Origin: Parachlamydiales bacterium
GTDB lineage: Bacteria; Chlamydiota; Chlamydiia; Chlamydiales; Rhabdochlamydiaceae
Assembly: GCA_020050965.1 (NCBI GenBank)
Contig: JAGVJV010000006.1
Coordinates: 1-34,388 of the forward strand
Reading direction: 5' to 3'
DNA: 34,388 nt
The stretch's first letter is position 1. The number at the start of each line of letters is the position of its first letter. The translations under genes and the position numbers were made by a program. Below the pieces are notes generated by a model that saw only the letters and a program-made list of their open reading frames with translations, did not search any database and was not told the DNA's origin. Positions 16,881 through 23,952 of this stretch are shown piece by piece.

Positions 16881-18425
16881 ATGACGATTAATACTTCCAT
16901 CAATACACCAGCCCTCTTCAACAAGGGAGACCTCCTTCTAGGAAAAGGAGGAGGCTTAAGACCTGGTATTCTTCCAGCTTCAACGAATGGGTTTGTGTTA
17001 ACACTTGATAATACCCAGCCGACTGGAGCCAAATGGGCTACCGCTTCTGGAGGAGGAACGACTCTTTCACCCTATATCGTAGGATCGACAGGCAGTGATT
17101 TCACGACAATTCAAGCGGCTATCAATCAAGCCGTGACTGATGGGGCCTCTCATTCAACTCCAAAAAATATCTATATTAAATCTGGAACGTACGTCGAAAA
17201 CCTTATAGTATATGATGGGATCTCTCTTATTGGATTTGACCCTATCAACTTCACTCAAGATTACCAATATGGAATACCAAACATCTCGAGCCTTCCAAGT
17301 ATTCAATTAACGGGGAGTATTTCTTTTTCTCCAAGCGGCGGTCAATCGTGCAAAATTTTCAATATGTGGATCCAACCAACAACAGGATCTGCTATTTATC
17401 TGACCTGCGCTTCTCTTACAGGCATTCTTTTTAAAGGTTGCTTTATTCAAACCACTCAATCTGGGAACTCCATTTTTTCTTATACCCCGGCAGTTGCGAC
17501 CATGTGGGTTTGTTTTGAAGAAAGCGTCTTGTCCGACAACACAGCCAATACCACTTTGTTTAGCTATACAGGCTCTGGCGGCTTGCTCAAGCTCATAATC
17601 TCAAATTGCTTCGTCCAAGCATCACAAATTCAAGCTGCTATAATCCCGGCAAGTTCCACTTTCCATATGCAAGTTTCGAGCACCGTTCTTCTCTCATGCT
17701 TTGACGCGTCTGCTAGTTCAGTCTATTACCAATTTGTCGCGTATAACACCATGCACATTCAAACAGGTGCGGTCTCAATTGGAGCCTTCCATTTAATCGG
17801 CGCCTCAACAACAAACAGCTCATACATTGATTACACTAATTCTTCGATTGGCATATCAAGCGTTAATAAAGTAGCCATCATCAACAATTCAAACATCTCT
17901 TTTAATGCATTCAATACTTCCTTCTGGGGTCCTAACTTAATGACTGCAGGCTACTCCGACGTGATTACAGGAGGAAAAGTCGTTACTGCCGGATGCCAAT
18001 GCAGTCCAGCTGCAGGTCTATTTCTAGAAAGAAGGCAGTTAATCGGATCTGGATTCACTGGCTCGCAGCAGTACACAGGGCAAGCAGGTCTACAAACTTC
18101 AAACAGCACAATGCAAACACTCGCCGCAATTGTTGTTAATCAAGCTGAATCCATTACTCTTACAGGGACCATTACAGCGGCCCAAAATGATCATTCCAAC
18201 ATGGTGGGCGGAGATTTTCTTATTTGTGCAAGGAGAGCCAGTGGAGGAAATGTCACTCTTATAGGATCGCCTATTGTCAATGTCGAAAGCTCTTCCGCTG
18301 CTACTTTTACCTGCGATGTCGACACTTCCACACAGGCAGTGCGCATCAGAATCTCTGGAATATCCTCAACGATTTACAACTGGGCTTGCACTTACAGCTA
18401 TCAAAAAGTCTTAACAAATGCATAA
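16881..18425 (+). CDS. Tailspike C2, paralog of C1 with a divergent central beta-helix
   Basis: 514 aa. The N-terminal ~110 aa and C-terminal ~110 aa align with C1 (..DHSN.VGGDF...ARR.SG...TLIGSPIVNV.SSS.ATFT.DVDT.TQ...YQK.LTNA). The central region is not obviously alignable. Confidence 0.75.
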   Translation: MTINTSINTPALFNKGDLLLGKGGGLRPGILPASTNGFVLTLDNTQPTGAKWATASGGGTTLSPYIVGSTGSDFTTIQAAINQAVTDGASHSTPKNIYIKSGTYVENLIVYDGISLIGFDPINFTQDYQYGIPNISSLPSIQLTGSISFSPSGGQSCKIFNMWIQPTTGSAIYLTCASLTGILFKGCFIQTTQSGNSIFSYTPAVATMWVCFEESVLSDNTANTTLFSYTGSGGLLKLIISNCFVQASQIQAAIIPASSTFHMQVSSTVLLSCFDASASSVYYQFVAYNTMHIQTGAVSIGAFHLIGASTTNSSYIDYTNSSIGISSVNKVAIINNSNISFNAFNTSFWGPNLMTAGYSDVITGGKVVTAGCQCSPAAGLFLERRQLIGSGFTGSQQYTGQAGLQTSNSTMQTLAAIVVNQAESITLTGTITAAQNDHSNMVGGDFLICARRASGGNVTLIGSPIVNVESSSAATFTCDVDTSTQAVRIRISGISSTIYNWACTYSYQKVLTNA

Positions 18426-18457
18426 GGGAAACATGAATCATAGAAAGGAAATATCCG

Positions 18458-18946
18458 ATGACGGGATTTAATAATGGCTTTTTGCTTTCTGATAATTTTC
18501 CCTTCTTTGCCTATCAAAGCACCTCACAATCAGCGATCACTGGTGGAGGAGCCACAGCCACACTAATTTGTGACACAGAAATATTTGATCCATTCAATGG
18601 ATATGATCCATCGACAGGACTCTATACGATCCCTTCAATCTTTCCCATCGGCACATGGTTTTTCCAAGGGAAAGTAACTATCACAGGCATTACTGCCTCC
18701 CATACCACAGCTATATTTTCTATCACCAACGTCAATAGGAATCTGTATTACGAAATAAATGCTGCTAATTCGAGAACTTCGGGTAATGAACTGACACTAC
18801 AAGTATGCGGTTTTATAAATGGAATCAGCCCTGGAAGCATAATCAACCCGCAAATCCAAGTTCTTGGCGGATCTAATGTCGTAGGAACAAAGGCTACTGG
18901 AGATCAATGGTGTGATTTTGGAGGAATTTTCATTAAATCGAGCTAA
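18458..18946 (+). CDS. C1q/TNF-like domain protein B2
   Basis: 162 aa with AAAGGAAA RBS. LICDTEIFDPFNGYDPSTGLYTIPSIFPIGTWFFQGKV parallels the B1 motif, with a 3-residue insertion before G-x-W-x-F. Confidence 0.5.
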   Translation: MTGFNNGFLLSDNFPFFAYQSTSQSAITGGGATATLICDTEIFDPFNGYDPSTGLYTIPSIFPIGTWFFQGKVTITGITASHTTAIFSITNVNRNLYYEINAANSRTSGNELTLQVCGFINGISPGSIINPQIQVLGGSNVVGTKATGDQWCDFGGIFIKSS

Positions 18947-18970
18947 AGATTTCAATAGAGGAAAAAATAG

Positions 18971-19474
18971 ATGACTCATAATTCCATTAACACCCCAGCC
19001 CTTCTTAGTAAAGGAGACCTACTCCTAGGAAAAGGTGGCGGCCTTAGCCCCGCTATTTTATCAGCTGCAACCAATGGATTCGTTCTAACACTCGATAACA
19101 CGCAGCCTACAGGAGCCAAATGGGCGGCTAGTGGAGGTGGTGGCGGAATTACATGGAATACCGTTTCTGGAACATCTCAATCGGCGGCTGTGAACAACGG
19201 CTACATCGCGAACAACGCAAGCCTTGTCACTGTTACTCTTCCTTCGAGTGCTTCAGTCGGAGATATGGTCGAAATAGCCGGAAAGGGAGCAGGCGGATGG
19301 AAGGTCGCACAAAACTCAGGCCAGGTCATCCACATGGATGGCGTGGACTCAACGACTGGAACTGGAGGCAGCCTTGCCTCTACAGTAAGATACGATGCAG
19401 TTCGTCTGCTTTGTATTACAGCTAATACGGATTGGCTGGTCCTCTCAGGAATCGGCAACTTAACGGTGGTGTAA
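18971..19474 (+). CDS. Fibre-family protein A2 (adaptor plus A-type C-terminal domain)
   Basis: 167 aa with GAGGAAAA RBS. INTPALLSKGDLLLGKGGGLSPAILSAATNGFVLTLDNTQPTGAKWAASGGGGG, then a domain alignable with the A1 C-terminus. Confidence 0.65.
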   Translation: MTHNSINTPALLSKGDLLLGKGGGLSPAILSAATNGFVLTLDNTQPTGAKWAASGGGGGITWNTVSGTSQSAAVNNGYIANNASLVTVTLPSSASVGDMVEIAGKGAGGWKVAQNSGQVIHMDGVDSTTGTGGSLASTVRYDAVRLLCITANTDWLVLSGIGNLTVV

Positions 19475-19475
19475 T

Positions 19476-20228
19476 ATGCCAGTACAAGATTTCATCAATC
19501 GATACGCGATGTCCACGGGGTATACGAATAAGCTTTCAGGATTGGCTTACGTTCCTGCAAACGGAACGCCAGCAGCTAGTGGAACTGTAGATTGGTATAC
19601 GTGTCCAGCAGGGAAAAGAGCAGCTGTCATGGGGATAAGCTATTGCTCTCCTTCAGGAAATGCAAGCATAACCCCAATGCTTAAGTCGGGGGGCAATTAT
19701 TACAACCTGAATGTTACTCAAACAGCCACATCTATCGGAGTAGGTGCAGGCGGAATCGTCAATCTCATCATCTTGGAAGCTGGTGAATCGATCTCGACCA
19801 ATCAAAGCACGTCTTCGATCAACGTGTGGATTTCGATTATGGAGTTTGATTCGGATATTCCCTTCAAGACAGTGAAGCTTCTTTCATTGGCCAGCGGAAA
19901 TAACACTCTTTATAGCTGCCCTGCAGGGAAAACAGCTATTTTTGTAAGCGATAATCTCAGTCCTTTATCAGCCAGTTCAGTTAAGTCCGTTAATTATTGG
20001 AACAATAGCGGAGGAAGCAGAAACATTTCAGCTTATCATGTGCCTAACGGAGGATCTCCAGGATCAAGCAATCAATTTTTACCCACAATCCCTCAAGCCG
20101 TTGCAAATAGTTCCTTTATGACAAATTCAGCAGTAAGTAATTGCATGAACGCAGGCGACTCAATTGTAATCAATACCGATGCAGCCACAGCAACTCAATT
20201 TGCGTGGGTAACAGTGCAGGAGATTTAA
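19476..20228 (+). CDS. D-family protein 1 (two tandem ~115-aa domains), function unknown, probably structural
   Basis: 250 aa. Each half starts with Y(T/S)CPAGK(R/T)A and ends with an (A/E)G(D/E)SI...W..(V/I).E(F/I) pattern. Paralogous to the next two genes. Confidence 0.65.
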   Translation: MPVQDFINRYAMSTGYTNKLSGLAYVPANGTPAASGTVDWYTCPAGKRAAVMGISYCSPSGNASITPMLKSGGNYYNLNVTQTATSIGVGAGGIVNLIILEAGESISTNQSTSSINVWISIMEFDSDIPFKTVKLLSLASGNNTLYSCPAGKTAIFVSDNLSPLSASSVKSVNYWNNSGGSRNISAYHVPNGGSPGSSNQFLPTIPQAVANSSFMTNSAVSNCMNAGDSIVINTDAATATQFAWVTVQEI

Positions 20229-20969
20229 ATGCCTAATCAAAATGATGTAAACAATCTGATTTATCACCCTGAAGGGGTGTATTTGCCGGGTGTAAAATTT
20301 CCATCCGCATTCGTCTCTAACGCAGGATCAGGCAATGTGGATATGTACACTTGCCCTGCAAGCAAAAGAGCCTGTGTGAGTTACATTATTGGCTACAACA
20401 CGGCTGGAACAACCACACCCATTTTTCCAGTTCTTTATGTGAGCGGCACTTATTATCGCATAGGAGGAGCTGGGAACGCGGCTACAACAGCGCAAACACA
20501 GGTTTTAGTAGCCAACCAAGCTATAATTTTAGAGGCTGGGGAAAGAATCGGCGTAAATACAACTCAAGTTGGCATGAATCTTTGGGCCAATATTGTTGAA
20601 TTCGATAATACAGCTCCCATCAAGAGCAGCAAGGTTGTGAGCTTGTCCAATGGAAATAACACTGTTTATACGTGTCCTTCAGGTAAAAAAGCGATCACTC
20701 TAGACCAATGGTTTAAAACGAATTTTACCTTGAAAAAGGTCTTCTATTTCAACAATTCAGGGAACAGCGTTTCTTTGATTTGGTACGCCGTTCCTAGCGG
20801 AGGATCACCTGGATCTACAAACCAAATGGGAACAGAAACTGTTACTACAGGATCAGCCTCAGCTCGACTCATTGGCGGCTTAATATTAAGCGCGGGTGAT
20901 TCCATCGTAGTCAATACAAACGTAGGAACGGGAACTCAAACCGCTTGGGTCAACGTAATGGAGCTATAA
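20229..20969 (+). CDS. D-family protein 2
   Basis: 246 aa. The start abuts the previous stop. Motifs YTCPASKRA and YTCPSGKKA. C-terminus SAGDSIVVNTNVGTGTQTAWVNVMEL. Confidence 0.65.
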   Translation: MPNQNDVNNLIYHPEGVYLPGVKFPSAFVSNAGSGNVDMYTCPASKRACVSYIIGYNTAGTTTPIFPVLYVSGTYYRIGGAGNAATTAQTQVLVANQAIILEAGERIGVNTTQVGMNLWANIVEFDNTAPIKSSKVVSLSNGNNTVYTCPSGKKAITLDQWFKTNFTLKKVFYFNNSGNSVSLIWYAVPSGGSPGSTNQMGTETVTTGSASARLIGGLILSAGDSIVVNTNVGTGTQTAWVNVMEL

Positions 20970-20970
20970 A

Positions 20971-21696
20971 ATGGGAAATAATGTCATAAACAATACCGTT
21001 TTCATAAGTGGTTTTGGCCCTCTAGTGAGAGGGGCTAAGTTCGTTAATGCATTCTCTGGAAGTACCTCTGGAACCGTCGACATTTATACATGTCCTGCAG
21101 GAAAAAAAGCTTTCATCACCCAAGTGATGGGTATTAGCTCTCCGATTATGACAGGGGGAATGCAACTAAAAGTTTCAGGAAATTATTACAATATTACTCC
21201 TCAGAACACCGGCTGGGGAAATATAGCCACTAATTCGTTTGGAATTGTACTAAATGCAGGTGAGGGATTGTCGTTCACGGTGAACTCTAATGCCGGAGGA
21301 AATCTTTGGGCTAGAGTGATGGAAATGGATATTTCTACCCCCATTTATACTGCAAAGCTATTGAGTTTATCTGCAGGAGACAACACTATTTTCACCGTCA
21401 GCGCGGGGAAAACAGCTATTACTCTAGATACTCTTGGAGGAGTCTACGTCAACGGATCTGGAGGTTTATATAAAAATTTCTCTGGAGCAAGCAGAAGCAT
21501 TAAAGTCTACCACGTTCCAAATGGTGGCTCTAGCGGAACTGGCAATCAATACTTTCAAAACACCGCTGTGGCAAACAGTTCTGGGGTCGTCGTCCCTTCC
21601 GTTCCTGCCTCCATGAACGCAGGCGACTCAATTGTGATTAATACAGACGCAGCTACGGCTACGCAATGGGTTTATATGACATATTATGAAATCTAA
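20971..21696 (+). CDS. D-family protein 3
   Basis: 241 aa. Motifs YTCPAGKKA and FTVSAGKTA. The C-terminal MNAGDSIVINTDAATATQ is identical to D1 at protein level, including a 23-nt exact DNA match (20145-20167 = 21613-21635). Confidence 0.65.
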   Translation: MGNNVINNTVFISGFGPLVRGAKFVNAFSGSTSGTVDIYTCPAGKKAFITQVMGISSPIMTGGMQLKVSGNYYNITPQNTGWGNIATNSFGIVLNAGEGLSFTVNSNAGGNLWARVMEMDISTPIYTAKLLSLSAGDNTIFTVSAGKTAITLDTLGGVYVNGSGGLYKNFSGASRSIKVYHVPNGGSSGTGNQYFQNTAVANSSGVVVPSVPASMNAGDSIVINTDAATATQWVYMTYYEI

Positions 21697-21697
21697 G

Positions 21698-21746
21698 ACC
21701 CCCTAAAAGTTCAGTTTCAATCTCATCAAAAATCAGGGGTTTTTTG
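21698..21746 (+). terminator. Weak terminator-like hairpin plus T-run at the end of the late operon
   Basis: ACCCC (21698-21702) pairs with GGGGT (21736-21740), followed by T5 and G. The stem is only 5 bp and the loop is ~33 nt, so this is atypical. Confidence 0.3.
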
Positions 21747-21775
21747 TTCACTCTTTTAACATTTCTTTGTATAAT
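21747..21775 (+). promoter_or_regulatory. Candidate sigma70-type promoter for the CoiA-like gene
   Basis: TTCACT (21747-21752), a 17-nt spacer, then a perfect TATAAT (21770-21775), ~40 nt upstream of the start codon. Confidence 0.3.
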
Positions 21776-21816
21776 TTCTCTCTACCAACGGTCAATAAAA
21801 AGGAAACGTGGTAGGA

Positions 21817-22608
21817 ATGAAATATGCATTAGTAAATGACACTCCTCAAGAAGCCCAGCCTGGCCTTTCCGGAAAATGCAAATGCTGTGGTAGTCCGACT
21901 ATACCAAAGTGTGGAGAATTGAAAATTTGGCATTGGGCCCACAGCGGAAAACGGATGTGTGATCCCTGGTGGGAAAATGAAACCGAATGGCACCGCGCAT
22001 GGAAAGGGCACTTTCCTAAAGAGTGCCAAGAGGTCATTCATACCGCCGTAAATGACGAAAAGCACATTGCTGATGTGAAGACAGGTCAAAGTTACGTAAT
22101 TGAGTTCCAGCATTCCCATCTAGCTTCTCAAGAACGAATCATACGTGAGGCTTTCTATCAAAATATGGTATGGGTTATCGACAGTACGCGCCTAAAGAAA
22201 GATTATCCCCGCTTTCTTGAAGCAAGAAAAAATTTCAGTCCTATCTACAAACCAGGATTCTTCTTGGTCTATTTCCCTGAAGAATGTTTCCCCGCTGCAT
22301 GGGTTGAGAGCTCAGTGGAAGTTGTTTTCGATTTCCAAGGTAATCCACCAACCGATTCGCAAGATGGGATGCGAGATACCCTATGGTGTTTGTTACCGGG
22401 ACGCGCTAGAAGAGGTGCTGTGGTGATTGCAATTTCGCGTCAGACTTTCATAACAACACTCTTGAAACAACCTAGGTTGCTTCCGAATCCGGCTCACGAG
22501 TTTGTTAACGCTCTCGATAAATTGCTTGCAGAACAAGCAGAGATAAGGGAACAACAGACACAAAAGCACCAATGGCAGCCTCGTAATAAGAGGACATGGC
22601 GGCTCTAA
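21817..22608 (+). CDS. CoiA-like nuclease-family protein
   Basis: ATG 21817 (the track start 21808 is a GTG). CKCCGSPTIPKCGELKIWHWAH ... EKHIADVKTGQSYVIEFQHSHLASQERIIREAFYQNMVWVIDS matches the competence protein CoiA-like family pattern (C..C...hFaH ... aDv....iEfQ.S.is..e...R...Y....vWi.d). Confidence 0.65.
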   Translation: MKYALVNDTPQEAQPGLSGKCKCCGSPTIPKCGELKIWHWAHSGKRMCDPWWENETEWHRAWKGHFPKECQEVIHTAVNDEKHIADVKTGQSYVIEFQHSHLASQERIIREAFYQNMVWVIDSTRLKKDYPRFLEARKNFSPIYKPGFFLVYFPEECFPAAWVESSVEVVFDFQGNPPTDSQDGMRDTLWCLLPGRARRGAVVIAISRQTFITTLLKQPRLLPNPAHEFVNALDKLLAEQAEIREQQTQKHQWQPRNKRTWRL

Positions 22609-22647
22609 GTGACTTCATTATTTTTTATAACACTTTTAAAATAAAAC

Positions 22648-22753
22648 GGTTGGTTATATGGATTTCCACCCAGCTGGTTTTATGGATAACCAGTTGGATG
22701 GCCAGGTGGTTGGTTTGTTTCCCCTCTTCCAAAATGGATGACTGGCCATCCAT
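22648..22753. repeat. Cluster of short direct/inverted repeats (CCAGNTGG, GGTTGGTT, TATGGAT, ATGGATG-N6-CATCCAT); candidate centromere/operator
   Basis: CCAGCTGGTT 22670, CCAGTTGGAT 22690 and CCAGGTGGTT 22702. GGTTGGTT at 22648 and 22708. TATGGAT at 22657 and 22681. Palindrome ATGGATG (22734-40)/CATCCAT (22747-53). Lies between convergent genes. Confidence 0.5.
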
Positions 22754-22826
22754 TCTTCCAATAAGTGCTTTTGATTTTGGAAACGGCAGACAAACAAAGC
22801 GCCGCTACAATCATAATCCGGAATTT

Positions 22827-23033
22827 TTATGACTTTGCTGAGCCGACAACTTCTTTCTCTTTTTGCATTTTCTCCAGAACAATCGATAAAATGAAATCAT
22901 TCATACTTTTATCTTCTTGTGCTGCGCTAATCCGTATGGATTTTCTGATTTCCTGAGAACATTCTAATGTAATGCGTGCTCTTTTCGATTTCTCAGAACT
23001 CTCGGAATTTTCTTTACCGGTTTTTTTCGCCAT
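22827..23033 (-). CDS. Ribbon-helix-helix (CopG/Arc/ParG-like) DNA-binding protein
   Basis: 68 aa. RITLECSQEIRKSIRISAAQEDKSMNDFILSIVLEKM has the beta-strand/helix/helix layout of RHH regulators. Divergent from parA. Confidence 0.6.
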   Translation of the reverse strand: MAKKTGKENSESSEKSKRARITLECSQEIRKSIRISAAQEDKSMNDFILSIVLEKMQKEKEVVGSAKS

Positions 23034-23054
23034 TACCTTCCTCGACTAACGGTT

Positions 23055-23080
23055 TTGCTAAAGTGTTTTCATCTTAGCAA
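23055..23080. promoter_or_regulatory. Perfect 7-bp inverted repeat TTGCTAA-N12-TTAGCAA in the divergent RHH/parA control region
   Basis: TTGCTAA 23055-23061 and TTAGCAA 23074-23080, 22 nt from the RHH gene start. Candidate operator. Confidence 0.35.
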
Positions 23081-23184
23081 CACCCCTAATTCCAGTAAAT
23101 CATCAATTCACTGTTTACTTAAATATGATGCTCTTTTAAAGTTGGGGAATATCAAAGGACTCATGGAATGCAAGGACTCAACCG

Positions 23185-23952
23185 ATGCACAAGATAGCAA
23201 TTTCGAATCAAAAAGGGGGCGTTGGAAAATCCACAACCTCTATCAATCTGAGCGCAGGACTTGCTCATGCTGGAAAAAAGGTTCTTCTTGTTGACTTAGA
23301 TCCACAAGGTCACTCTAGCATAGGTCTTGGAATCAAGACTGAAAATCGCCAAACAATCGCAGAACTCCTATGTCATGATGACTGTGAGTTAAAAGATGTG
23401 ATCCAACCTTCATACATCAAGAATCTAGATGTAATCCCATCTGACAATTCTCTCTCTGTGGCTGAGTATAAATTAGCGCAAACCCAGGCAAAAGAATTTG
23501 TATTAAGAACAAAACTGAAAAAAGCTGATTACGATTACATCATCATCGACACTTCCCCTACTTTTAACACTCTTTTAGCAAATGCTTTTCTAACAGCCGA
23601 ACACATCATCTTGCCAGTCCAACTCGATTATTTTAGCCTAGCTGGCATTCAATCATTCTTAGAGTCAATTAATCGAACCAATGCTAAAGCTGGCAGCCTT
23701 GTTGATCACCGCGCCGAAATCATGGGCGTTCTTTTTACCTTCTTCAAAACCCGAAGCAATCTTTCAAAAAGAGTCCTAGAAACGATTAACGAGCTCTTTG
23801 GCAATAAGGTTTTTGAAACCCGCATTCCAGAAAACGTAAAACTCAGTGAAGCTCAAGAATCCAGCAAAGCGGTCTTTGATCACGATCCTAAATGCAGCGG
23901 GGCTGAAGCCTATCTAAGTCTTGTTAATGAAGTTATGAGGAGATTGAAATAA
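23185..23952 (+). CDS. parA: ParA/Soj-family partition ATPase
   Basis: 255 aa. Deviant Walker A in IAISNQKGGVGKSTT, and LLVDLDPQG. Small ParA size typical of type Ib partition systems. Confidence 0.9.
   Translation: MHKIAISNQKGGVGKSTTSINLSAGLAHAGKKVLLVDLDPQGHSSIGLGIKTENRQTIAELLCHDDCELKDVIQPSYIKNLDVIPSDNSLSVAEYKLAQTQAKEFVLRTKLKKADYDYIIIDTSPTFNTLLANAFLTAEHIILPVQLDYFSLAGIQSFLESINRTNAKAGSLVDHRAEIMGVLFTFFKTRSNLSKRVLETINELFGNKVFETRIPENVKLSEAQESSKAVFDHDPKCSGAEAYLSLVNEVMRRLK

Noticed and set aside
808-19458. Many antisense or alternative-frame track ORFs inside structural genes. Examples: 808..1068, 932..1240, 2214..2555, 4213..4566, 5149..5517, 6442..6777, 9646..9912, 10534..10845, 12108..12443, 14025..14387, 14926..15294, 19153..19425
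   Set aside because: Each is fully embedded in a longer ORF that has recognisable phage motifs and operon-style coupling. None has its own motif or RBS.
13681-19474. Invertible fibre-switching segment (Mu G / P1 C type), suggested by the mirrored A-B-X-C / C-B-A gene order
   Set aside because: All paralogs are on the same strand. No invertase gene and no inverted crossover repeats were seen. The mirror order concerns gene families only.
11935-21696. Diversity-generating retroelement acting on the fibre genes
   Set aside because: No reverse transcriptase ORF in the window. I found no template/variable repeat pair; for example, the unassigned 13402-13680 stretch does not resemble the 3' end of the collar-domain gene.
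22596-22956. Track ORFs 22596..22832 and 22765..22956 (W-rich peptides)
   Set aside because: The Trp-rich sequence is the translation of TGG-rich DNA repeats (CCAGNTGG, GGTTGG). The second ORF overlaps the RHH gene in antisense. Better explained as a non-coding repeat region.
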